DNA of 63,752 nt, filler included, from Lama guanicoe (taxonomy: Eukaryota), in assembly GCA_013239625.1 (NCBI GenBank). It is 208 parts of 208 records of this genome, joined end to end, with 100 filler letters (N's around TTAATTAATTAA, not from the genome) between each part and the next. Parts side by side here need not be neighbours in the genome. Positions count along the whole stretch, not along the records: positions 12,278 to 12,484 come from PNXV01034201.1; positions 12,585 to 12,791 come from PNXV01034202.1; positions 12,892 to 13,098 come from PNXV01034203.1; positions 13,199 to 13,405 come from PNXV01034204.1; positions 13,506 to 13,712 come from PNXV01034205.1; positions 13,813 to 14,019 come from PNXV01034206.1; positions 14,120 to 14,326 come from PNXV01034207.1; positions 14,427 to 14,633 come from PNXV01034208.1; 200 more parts are not named here. One strand, given 5' to 3'. Numbering within the stretch: the first letter of the stretch is position 1; every line of letters begins with the position of its first letter. This document shows, in pieces, positions 12,278 through 22,792 of the stretch. Made by a program: the position numbers and the translations under genes. Below the pieces are notes generated by a model. That model worked only from the letters and a program-made list of their open reading frames with translations. It had not been told where the DNA came from and made no database searches.

Positions 12278-12484
12278 TTCCTTTTGTTTTAGATGAACGA
12301 AGGTCTCTCAACATGCTCAGTTTTGAGAGTTAAGCGTGTGTGAAAGCCATACTTCACTTAGCTCCTTGGAACACAAAGATTTTCTTCTGTTGCAATCTCC
12401 ACTACATACAAATATATGGGGAGGTTCAAGCTGCAACCTGTGTTTACAGTGAAAACTTCAGATATTTCAAAACAGCACTAGGAA
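12278..12484 (+). repeat. Satellite family A fragment
   Basis: tagatgaacgaaggtctctcaacatgctcagttttgagagttaag...ccactacatacaaatatatggggagg...tttacagtgaaaac. Confidence 0.85.
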
Positions 12485-12891
12485 NNNNNNNNNNNNNNNN
12501 NNNNNNNNNNNNNNNNNNNNNNNNNNNNTTAATTAATTAANNNNNNNNNNNNNNNNNNNNNNNNNNNNNNNNNNNNNNNNNNNNGAGAGTCGGGAGTGAG
12601 CACAGTAGAATGCTAATAATCTTTAAAGGTAATACCTTCGGATAATGACTCTCACTGTCAGGTCTGGCCTGGATCTTGGGCTCCACTGCTGTGCACTTCC
12701 CATAACCGAAACATCTGGCTGCAGCCTGTGGGATACCACTTAAACCAAATCTTTGTGACTTAAAATGGAGGTGGCCACATGGGTAATCAGGNNNNNNNNN
12801 NNNNNNNNNNNNNNNNNNNNNNNNNNNNNNNNNNNTTAATTAATTAANNNNNNNNNNNNNNNNNNNNNNNNNNNNNNNNNNNNNNNNNNNN

Positions 12892-13098
12892 TGGGTGGCT
12901 TAGGCATGACAGACACGTAGCTCTCACGGTCCTGGAGGCCAGGAAGTCCAGGATCAGGGCGCCAGCAGAGTCAGCATGTGAGGAGCCCGGCCTCCTGGCT
13001 CACAGGTGCCCACCTATCCCCGTGCCCTTATGTTGTGGGAGAGGTTGGGGGGCTTTCTGGGGTCTCTCCTATAAGGGCACTGGTCTCCTGCTTGAGGG
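12892..13098 (-). mobile_element. MaLR LTR (MLT1-like)
   Basis: gggtggctta...tctcacggtcctggaggccaggaagtccaggatcaggg...tctggggtctctcctataagggcact is antisense MLT1. Confidence 0.75.
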
Positions 13099-13505
13099 NN
13101 NNNNNNNNNNNNNNNNNNNNNNNNNNNNNNNNNNNNNNNNNNTTAATTAATTAANNNNNNNNNNNNNNNNNNNNNNNNNNNNNNNNNNNNNNNNNNNNAA
13201 ACTGATACCTGTCCTTTATTTCCTTGTCTCTACTGAAATCAGTGATCCACTTGCTAGATGAATGATGCCAACAGGCCCAGGAACAACTGATTTCATTCTT
13301 CTTAACACCGTCTAAGAAACTAGCTAACAAGATAGACAGTTTTGAATTTCAGTGAAGATGAAATCGTTTGTTTCCAACATTTCAGTTAGTAGTTCTCTTC
13401 CTTTTNNNNNNNNNNNNNNNNNNNNNNNNNNNNNNNNNNNNNNNNNNNNTTAATTAATTAANNNNNNNNNNNNNNNNNNNNNNNNNNNNNNNNNNNNNNN
13501 NNNNN

Positions 13506-13712
13506 GTCAATGATTGAGTCAATCATGACTATATAATGAAGCTTCCATAAAAGCCCGAAGGACAGCCTTTTGCTCCTTTTATTCCCCAAGAGTTTCCATG
13601 TTGGGAAACCAGACCCCTCCCACGTGCCAGGTCCCATGCTTCACAAGGCCAGAAGCTCCTTTGTTCAGGACTTTGCCCCATCTCTCTTCATCTGGCTGTT
13701 GATTTGTATCCT
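13506..13712 (+). mobile_element. MER21-like LTR fragment
   Basis: caatgatt..tcaatcatgactatataatgaagcttccataaaa...ctctcttcatctggctgttgatttgtatcct. Confidence 0.65.
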
Positions 13713-14119
13713 NNNNNNNNNNNNNNNNNNNNNNNNNNNNNNNNNNNNNNNNNNNNTTAATTAATTAANNNNNNNNNNNNNNNNNNNNNNNNNNNNNNNN
13801 NNNNNNNNNNNNTCTTATTCTAGTCGCTCTGGAATGTGCCTGAAACCAATAAAGAAGATGAACTTTGATGGTCCCGATGTAGCTGCACTTTAGAGCTGTT
13901 ATTTCAAGATCTCTCACTATAAACTGAACTAGATGCACATATTAAATTATTAACAAGCTAGCTTAAAAACTGAAATCAAGGCGAAAACAAGTGGCAGAGG
14001 AAAGCTATAAAACAAAGGANNNNNNNNNNNNNNNNNNNNNNNNNNNNNNNNNNNNNNNNNNNNTTAATTAATTAANNNNNNNNNNNNNNNNNNNNNNNNN
14101 NNNNNNNNNNNNNNNNNNN

Positions 14120-14326
14120 CGGCCCCCTCCAGTCCCCGCGCGGGCGGCGGCGGCAGCGTCGTCGAGCGGTGCAGACAAAGGAGGGGCGGAGGGAGGAGAC
14201 GGAGGGTGTGGGAGAGGCGGCTTCACCGGCGCGGGCAGGCGGGCGGCGGCGGCCGCGCTCCTCTCGCTCCTCAGCAGCAGGGACCGAGAGAGGGAGCTGT
14301 ATCTGAGGAGACGCCAAAATCCCCAC
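14120..14326. promoter_or_regulatory. CpG-island / 5'UTR-like fragment with GC box
   Basis: (GGC)n runs, a GGGGCGGAG GC box and high CpG density. Confidence 0.55.
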
Positions 14327-15347
14327 NNNNNNNNNNNNNNNNNNNNNNNNNNNNNNNNNNNNNNNNNNNNTTAATTAATTAANNNNNNNNNNNNNNNNNN
14401 NNNNNNNNNNNNNNNNNNNNNNNNNNAACTGGAAATCCATCCCAGGAGAAATGGCCCTGATCCGACCTGTTCTTCATGAAACTGGAGATGGATTTTAGCA
14501 GATTATTTGCTTCCTCTGTAGATGCTTGCAAACCATCTTCTTAAAAATCCAGAGCGGGCTCTTATTGAGAAAGGAATGGAACTCACCATCAGGGGTCAAA
14601 AAATTATCTTTCTTCTTTAGAAACCTGGATAGTNNNNNNNNNNNNNNNNNNNNNNNNNNNNNNNNNNNNNNNNNNNNTTAATTAATTAANNNNNNNNNNN
14701 NNNNNNNNNNNNNNNNNNNNNNNNNNNNNNNNNAGCCCCGCCCCCTGCAGCCTTCAGCTCCTGGATGCTGGCAAAACTCTATGTCGGTGTCCAGTGTCTG
14801 TGAAGCGGCTCTGAGACCACACCCAGCCGCTGAAGGTACATGATTACATTCGTCTTCGGACAACTGCGCTCTTCCTGCACTCAGAGAAAACGAATCTTCT
14901 TTCTACTCACCCCCAGTCTTTCTCTCTGTTGGGACCTAACNNNNNNNNNNNNNNNNNNNNNNNNNNNNNNNNNNNNNNNNNNNNTTAATTAATTAANNNN
15001 NNNNNNNNNNNNNNNNNNNNNNNNNNNNNNNNNNNNNNNNTGGATCTGTCACTTCACCTCTATAAACCCCAGATTCCTCTTCTGCAAAGTGGGAGCAACA
15101 AAAATCTGATCTCCTGGGCTCTGAAGAAGTAGACGAGTGAATTCTACTGAAGTGTCGATGTTATCCCTTTTTCCTGGAAGTCACTTCAGCCATCTCTCTG
15201 GGAGTCAATACCTGAGGTCCAGAGTCCACTGCCTTTCCCACATGCAANNNNNNNNNNNNNNNNNNNNNNNNNNNNNNNNNNNNNNNNNNNNTTAATTAAT
15301 TAANNNNNNNNNNNNNNNNNNNNNNNNNNNNNNNNNNNNNNNNNNNN

Positions 15348-15554
15348 CTTCAATCTTTAGAAGCATTTGAAAAGAATTGGTATTAATTTTTCTTTAAGTG
15401 TTTGGTAGAATTCTCCAGCAAAAACATCTAGTCATAGGCTCTAATTTTTGGGGATGTTTTGGTTACTGATTGAATGTCTTTACTAAATACAGCTCTGTTG
15501 AAATGTTCTCTTTCTTTGTGATTTAGTCTTGGTGAGTATGTTCCCAGAAATTTA
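15348..15554 (-). mobile_element. L1 ORF2 relic
   Basis: aagaattggtattaatt.ttcttta.gtgtttggtagaattctccag...ttactgattgaatgtctttacta is antisense L1 ORF2. Confidence 0.8.
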
Positions 15555-15654
15555 NNNNNNNNNNNNNNNNNNNNNNNNNNNNNNNNNNNNNNNNNNNNTT
15601 AATTAATTAANNNNNNNNNNNNNNNNNNNNNNNNNNNNNNNNNNNNNNNNNNNN

Positions 15655-15861
15655 GGTATATTCGAACTGCCACCGTCATTGCTCTTGTGCTTTGGGGCCT
15701 CACTAAAGTAAAATAAGGCTTAGTGGAACTCAGGCACCCGGACGCTCTGATAGTCGATCTGCTAACTCGAACGGCTGCTGAGTGTCTGTGGGTGGGATAT
15801 GCTGGACAGAGAGACGGTTCACATGACAGGTGGGACAGAGCTGGATGGCCAGGCATTTTGT
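15655..15861. mobile_element. MER2-like (TcMar-Tigger) DNA transposon relic
   Basis: cttgtgctttggggcc..taaagtaaaataagg...gtcgatctgctaac...ggctgctgagtg...gatatgctggaca. Confidence 0.7.
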
Positions 15862-18469
15862 NNNNNNNNNNNNNNNNNNNNNNNNNNNNNNNNNNNNNNN
15901 NNNNNTTAATTAATTAANNNNNNNNNNNNNNNNNNNNNNNNNNNNNNNNNNNNNNNNNNNNAGTTTTCCCAAAGTTTCTTCCAAACTTATTTATTCCCAG
16001 AATCACTTTTACCCTCATAGTATCTGAAACTTGTGTTTGGGAAAACATCTGAAACACAATTTAGAAAATCCTAGGTGTAGAGAAAGGGGATTGGGTAGAT
16101 TAAGACCTTGGACCTACAAAGCACGGCTTCTGAATGAGCCTCTGCCCAGACACAGCCTCAGGACCTGANNNNNNNNNNNNNNNNNNNNNNNNNNNNNNNN
16201 NNNNNNNNNNNNTTAATTAATTAANNNNNNNNNNNNNNNNNNNNNNNNNNNNNNNNNNNNNNNNNNNNTTTAACACTGGAAGGGGTGCAGTAGTTAGGTA
16301 TTACAGCTCCTTCATTTATAGGGGAGGAAAATGAAGGCCATAAAATCTTCGTAACTTACTCAATGTCCCAGGGAGTAGAAGAGCTAGAATGAGACTTCTT
16401 TGAAAAAAGTCATTTACTGAAGTATTCTTACATACAGTAAAATTTGCCCCTTTAAGGCACACAGTTTTATGAATTNNNNNNNNNNNNNNNNNNNNNNNNN
16501 NNNNNNNNNNNNNNNNNNNTTAATTAATTAANNNNNNNNNNNNNNNNNNNNNNNNNNNNNNNNNNNNNNNNNNNNGCTCTAGTTATCCATTTTAAAGAAG
16601 AAATGGACAAATTCCAGAAATACAATTTTATGAGAAAAGAATACTTTTAAATACGTTGCAAGCAGAAGAGAAGGTTTTAACAAACTAGTACCCCTGAAAT
16701 GATTAATCAGTAAAATGTATTCCATGTCTTCCTGTACTCAGAAGTAAACCTGGATATGATAACATAACTCTATGAAAACAAANNNNNNNNNNNNNNNNNN
16801 NNNNNNNNNNNNNNNNNNNNNNNNNNTTAATTAATTAANNNNNNNNNNNNNNNNNNNNNNNNNNNNNNNNNNNNNNNNNNNNGAAGAGAGCCAGGGCTTG
16901 CCTCAGTCTCCCCCAGGGAGCTCAGCTCCTCAGTACAGCTCCAAAATGTTTCCTGGGTCCAGGCCTGACCCAAGGGGGTCACGTCCAGGCACAGGAGCTA
17001 TGGACCATTTTAGGAACAGTAAGACAGGAGGAGGTGCCCAAACTGGTCTTACAGACCCAGGGCACTGACCTGTGATGCGAGCTCCAGGTNNNNNNNNNNN
17101 NNNNNNNNNNNNNNNNNNNNNNNNNNNNNNNNNTTAATTAATTAANNNNNNNNNNNNNNNNNNNNNNNNNNNNNNNNNNNNNNNNNNNNAAATGAGAAAA
17201 ATATAAAGAATAAATAATCAATGAAATAATAGAGTAAAGTTTTTCTCTAAGTGAAAATGACTACAGACTTACTAAATGCTGAGAGAAAATAATGCTAAAA
17301 ACACTCCCAGGAAGATTCTGGAGCAATTTCTGAATAAAAATATAATTAAAAAATTCTAGAAGCCCCCAAAATGTAAAACAGAAAACCAAAAAGAAGNNNN
17401 NNNNNNNNNNNNNNNNNNNNNNNNNNNNNNNNNNNNNNNNTTAATTAATTAANNNNNNNNNNNNNNNNNNNNNNNNNNNNNNNNNNNNNNNNNNNNCTGC
17501 TTCATAGGTGAGAAAAATGGGGTAGGAAGAGGCTTATTTATAAAGCGTGGTCAAGATTAATCAGTTAATCTTACTAATCACCTGCATGCTTGTACATGCT
17601 GTCATCAGGATGTTGATAGCGCCCCCTCTCATGGACTGCCTTTCCCAACATTATTAACAAGTATATGGAACACTTCCAGTATACAGTGACTTTGTTTTTC
17701 AAANNNNNNNNNNNNNNNNNNNNNNNNNNNNNNNNNNNNNNNNNNNNTTAATTAATTAANNNNNNNNNNNNNNNNNNNNNNNNNNNNNNNNNNNNNNNNN
17801 NNNTTTGAATTCATTATCAGGATGAGCAGGATAAAAATAATTTATATCATGTTTGCAAAGAGTATGCAAAAACATGTGAGGGTTGGAGGATCTGTGTGTG
17901 CTAGAAAAACACATTAAAAGTCCCTTTGTTAAAAAAAAAAAAAAGTAGATGACAGTTATTGTTCAAAATAGCCCCTGGAAATACTATTGCAGTAGGAGGC
18001 TAATGAGAGANNNNNNNNNNNNNNNNNNNNNNNNNNNNNNNNNNNNNNNNNNNNTTAATTAATTAANNNNNNNNNNNNNNNNNNNNNNNNNNNNNNNNNN
18101 NNNNNNNNNNTGAGGGAGCAACGAGGGGGAACGTGGGACACGCGGTGGGTGGTGCTGGCAGTGGCCAGGCCGGCAGTGCCAGCAGCGCCGGCAGCCAGGC
18201 CGAGGGGAGTGCAAGGGAGATGCCTAGATTGTCCCGAGCCCGAAGGGAGGTGGCTTCGGCTGAAAGCGGAAGACTGTGGGGCCATGAGGTTTGAGGGGAC
18301 GGCAGAGACAGGGTTGGNNNNNNNNNNNNNNNNNNNNNNNNNNNNNNNNNNNNNNNNNNNNTTAATTAATTAANNNNNNNNNNNNNNNNNNNNNNNNNNN
18401 NNNNNNNNNNNNNNNNNGATGCCTTGAAATGATATCAGTAATTTGAAATACTGGTCCATGGGGTTTATA

Positions 18470-18600
18470 TTATTATTCCCACCTCACAGATGAAGAGCCT
18501 GAGTCTCAGAAATGTTAAGTGATTTTCCCAAGTTCACAAAGCCAGTAAAAGGCAGGGTCAAATTTCAAAGCCTAATCTATTTGATTCCCAAGCCAGGGCT
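18470..18600 (-). mobile_element. MIR SINE
   Basis: attattcccacctcacagatgaagagcctgagtctcagaaatgttaagtgattttcccaagttcaca matches the MIR core. Confidence 0.75.
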
Positions 18601-19827
18601 CATTCTATGCTATTGCGAAGCCTCNNNNNNNNNNNNNNNNNNNNNNNNNNNNNNNNNNNNNNNNNNNNTTAATTAATTAANNNNNNNNNNNNNNNNNNNN
18701 NNNNNNNNNNNNNNNNNNNNNNNNTGTCAAGCCAGAATCTTACATCCAGCAAAAATATCATTTATAAGGGGGGATAATCAGAGAAAGAAAACCTGAGAGA
18801 ATTTGTAACCAGCAAATTTACCCTAAAAGAAAGGACAAAACAGGTTTTCTAAACTATATATATATATATAGTTTTTTTTTTTAAAAAAGGAATCTTAGAA
18901 TGATGAGACAGTAAGAAAGGAGAAAAGACTANNNNNNNNNNNNNNNNNNNNNNNNNNNNNNNNNNNNNNNNNNNNTTAATTAATTAANNNNNNNNNNNNN
19001 NNNNNNNNNNNNNNNNNNNNNNNNNNNNNNNTGTCATTCGCTGTTTGCTGACTTCCTCCAGACAACCACATTCCTCTGGACGGGCAACCTCCCTTGAGTC
19101 TCTGCTGCCCACCACTTCTGCTCCAAAATATATGGAACACCCTTCTCTTAAGCCCAGCTCTTTCAGAGGAGGATTCTAGAGCAGAATGGTTTAGACTTGT
19201 CACAAACTTTCCATCCCAGATGACAAAATCTCTTGGTGNNNNNNNNNNNNNNNNNNNNNNNNNNNNNNNNNNNNNNNNNNNNTTAATTAATTAANNNNNN
19301 NNNNNNNNNNNNNNNNNNNNNNNNNNNNNNNNNNNNNNAGAAAATGGTAAAGTAAATACATGGCTCACAGTATTTTTCTATGGGATGTTTTAGACCTAGG
19401 GAATGCATATGGTTAGAACACGTATATAGCAACATAGAAGAACATACCAATACTTACCTTCTGGTACCAGAAACTAGTTAAAAACTATCTATGCTTAAAG
19501 TAATACTTTCATATGAGTAGAGATGAGAGAAAAAGAAGAAATAAANNNNNNNNNNNNNNNNNNNNNNNNNNNNNNNNNNNNNNNNNNNNTTAATTAATTA
19601 ANNNNNNNNNNNNNNNNNNNNNNNNNNNNNNNNNNNNNNNNNNNNAACGTCAGCTCTGCCAGCTCAGGCAGGTGCCCGGGACTCCGCGGGACCCCCATGT
19701 CCAGCTCGCACGGAACCCGCTCGTTCAGAAAGTGCGCCTCACCATGTCAGCAGGGCCGGGTGGCTCACAGCAGCCCTGGGGGAGCGGGGAGCGGGGCGCT
19801 CGCCAGACGCGCTGGGTCTGAACGCAC

Positions 19828-19852
19828 CTGGAAGTAGATGACCACTGCGAAG
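19828..19852 (-). CDS. SEC61A1: 3' end of an internal exon of Sec61 translocon alpha subunit (partial, 8 codons)
   Basis: Minus strand reads TTC GCA GTG GTC ATC TAC TTC CAG|gtgcgt = FAVVIYFQ plus a donor, matching recalled Sec61alpha ...FAVVIYFQ/GFRVDLP. The match is very short, and A1 is preferred over A2 only because of the GC-rich context. Confidence 0.55.
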
Positions 19853-20259
19853 NNNNNNNNNNNNNNNNNNNNNNNNNNNNNNNNNNNNNNNNNNNNTTAA
19901 TTAATTAANNNNNNNNNNNNNNNNNNNNNNNNNNNNNNNNNNNNNNNNNNNNGCTCAGTTTCTGGAGCTGTGTCAGGAGCTAGGGACAAAGACTGAGCTA
20001 TCAAATATTTATATTTCATCACAGGGAAGCATATGGTAATGTCAAACTTTCTGGCTTGTATCCCACAACAACAGGGATCTGGTAGAACTTAATCAAGAAG
20101 AGGTGAGGCTTTCCATTTGGGTAGAAGAATTTGAGCACTTACATTACCCAAGAGACACCNNNNNNNNNNNNNNNNNNNNNNNNNNNNNNNNNNNNNNNNN
20201 NNNTTAATTAATTAANNNNNNNNNNNNNNNNNNNNNNNNNNNNNNNNNNNNNNNNNNNN

Positions 20260-20419
20260 TCTGACTTGGGGAAGATGGTTCTCCAGGACATTAGTCCCGC
20301 ATCTTCTCTGTCTGCTGGCTTTCCGAATAAAGTCATTTTTCCTTGCCCTAACAAACACTTTGTCCCCCAATTTATTGGCCTGACATGGGGCGAGCAGAAG
20401 GACTTTGGATTCGGTAATA
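20260..20419 (+). mobile_element. ERV1-type LTR 3' end (MER34/LTR39-like)
   Basis: tctgctggctttccgAATAAAgtc...ttccttgccctaaca...attggcctg...ggcgagcaga...ggattcggtaa; homologous to 62932..63009. Confidence 0.7.
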
Positions 20420-20566
20420 TTGTTATATAGAGGAAGAACACTGGCAAAGACAGTGTGATGCAAAATNNNNNNNNNNNNNNNNNNNNNNNNNNNNNNNNNN
20501 NNNNNNNNNNTTAATTAATTAANNNNNNNNNNNNNNNNNNNNNNNNNNNNNNNNNNNNNNNNNNNN

Positions 20567-21080
20567 TGCCCTCATTGCTAAAAATAGTGATGCGATCAAG
20601 ACACTATAGGAAAAGATAAGACAGATGGTTAAGTCCAAATGGAGGCGAAAGAACTGTGGTCCAGGTGACTTTTAGGCTGGTCAGTTGGGTAAGATTTCTA
20701 GGAATGGTGAAGAAGAGTGACATTTAACTCATGTGTATGTTCTTGTAGCTTGATCACAGGTCATTAAAGGGCTNNNNNNNNNNNNNNNNNNNNNNNNNNN
20801 NNNNNNNNNNNNNNNNNTTAATTAATTAANNNNNNNNNNNNNNNNNNNNNNNNNNNNNNNNNNNNNNNNNNNNTGCCCTCATTGCTAAAAATAGTGATGC
20901 GATCAAGACACTATAGGAAAAGGTAAGACAGATGGTTAAGTCCAAATGGAGGCGAAAGAACCGTGGTCCAGGTGACTTTTAGGCTGGTCAGCTGGGTAAG
21001 ATTTCTAGGAATGGCGAAGAAGAGTGACATCTAACTCATGTGTATGTTCTTGTAGCTTGATCACAGGTCATTAAAGGGCT
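20567..21080 (+). repeat. Near-identical contig pair 1 (20567..20773 and 20874..21080)
   Basis: Same ends, 5 substitutions (all transitions), 49 identical bases on each flank. Confidence 0.95.
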
Positions 21081-21180
21081 NNNNNNNNNNNNNNNNNNNN
21101 NNNNNNNNNNNNNNNNNNNNNNNNTTAATTAATTAANNNNNNNNNNNNNNNNNNNNNNNNNNNNNNNNNNNNNNNNNNNN

Positions 21181-21387
21181 GTCGCTCCAGCCTGGAGCGT
21201 TTGGCCCGGCGGTTTTTGAACCACACCTGGGGAGACAGAGGGGCCCGGGACGAGGCGTCAGAGAGCAGGGGCCGCGCGCGTCCCCCTGTGCCCGGGCTGC
21301 GAGGCTGCTGCGGGGCGGAGGCCGCCGGCCTCGCCTCTGCCTCCGCCCCCAGGCCCAGTCAGAGGCCCCTGCGGGTCAGGAGGGGCG
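21181..21387. promoter_or_regulatory. CpG-island-like fragment
   Basis: GC/CpG-rich with a GGGGCGGAG GC box. Confidence 0.5.
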
Positions 21388-21859
21388 NNNNNNNNNNNNN
21401 NNNNNNNNNNNNNNNNNNNNNNNNNNNNNNNTTAATTAATTAANNNNNNNNNNNNNNNNNNNNNNNNNNNNNNNNNNNNNNNNNNNNGGCCTGGAGACCC
21501 ACAGCGCTCAAGTGACAGGCCCCAAAGCCAGGAGGGGAAGACTGGAGGTGAGCAGGACTCTGTCTCCACTGCCACACCCTTGACCTCAAGTTTCTGCATT
21601 TGCCGAATGGTAACAGCATTGCTGCAGGCACAAGGCGGCCATGCGGGGCGGGACCCACCAGTCACACCCCCTCCATAGGCTTCCACTTCCTCCTNNNNNN
21701 NNNNNNNNNNNNNNNNNNNNNNNNNNNNNNNNNNNNNNTTAATTAATTAANNNNNNNNNNNNNNNNNNNNNNNNNNNNNNNNNNNNNNNNNNNNGGGGAG
21801 GTTATGAGCAACATTCCAGCCAACCAAGAGCAAAAAACAAGTCTCTGGCAAACTCTACT

Positions 21860-22001
21860 GTTCATCCATGTAGCTACAAATGGCATTATTTTATTTTCTT
21901 CTATGGCTGAGTAGTATTCCACTGTATAAATATACAACAACTTATTTATACAGTCATTTGTCAATGGACATTTAGGTTGTTTCCATGTCTTGGATATTGT
22001 A
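21860..22001 (-). mobile_element. L1 3' region fragment
   Basis: ttcatccatgtagctacaaatggcattatt...atggctgagtagtattcc...aatggacatttaggttgtttccatgtcttgg. Confidence 0.85.
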
Positions 22002-22717
22002 NNNNNNNNNNNNNNNNNNNNNNNNNNNNNNNNNNNNNNNNNNNNTTAATTAATTAANNNNNNNNNNNNNNNNNNNNNNNNNNNNNNNNNNNNNNNNNNN
22101 NTGGGGTCCTGGACTGGATCCTGGGACAGAAAAGGACACTAATGGAAAAATCGATGAAACCCAAAAAAGTCTGCGTTTAATTAAGTCTTATACCAATGTT
22201 GGTTTCTTAATTTAGACGGACGCACCAGTCTCCTAGGGGAATCCAGGTAAGGGGTATTTGGAAGTGTAAGTCCTACCTTTGCAGCTTTTCTGTAAATCTA
22301 AAATTGACNNNNNNNNNNNNNNNNNNNNNNNNNNNNNNNNNNNNNNNNNNNNTTAATTAATTAANNNNNNNNNNNNNNNNNNNNNNNNNNNNNNNNNNNN
22401 NNNNNNNNAGGCAGATAAGGACTTGCATGGCTATGTCACTCCACACATTTAAACTGCGTACGCTATTGTTTGTATGTAGCGATGCGTGTGTGCACGCGAG
22501 TGCACACATGCACACGTGATAACATTTTAAGTAAGTTTTGTGCTATTATAGGAAGAGAGAGAAACCGAGGGGAGAGAAGGCAACGCGGGGAGGACAGGGA
22601 GCAGCAGACTGCATTNNNNNNNNNNNNNNNNNNNNNNNNNNNNNNNNNNNNNNNNNNNNTTAATTAATTAANNNNNNNNNNNNNNNNNNNNNNNNNNNNN
22701 NNNNNNNNNNNNNNNTG

Positions 22718-22792
22718 AAGGTGTTTGCCACTGCCGAGATCATGGTCTCCCAGCCCAATGATGTTGAGACCACCATCTGCCTCCTCAATGTG
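22718..22792 (+). CDS. BPIFB4: Partial internal exon of BPI fold-containing family B member 4
   Basis: [25 protein letters not shown] followed by a perfect donor GTAAGT at 22793. Closely matches recalled human BPIFB4 KVLATAEVMVSQPKDLETTICLIDV. Confidence 0.8.

Noticed and set aside
20567..21080. Genuine local tandem duplications (also 35917..36430 and 41443..41956)
   Set aside because: The copies are separate contigs with identical ends and exact 49-bp shared flanks, which is best explained as assembly bubbles.
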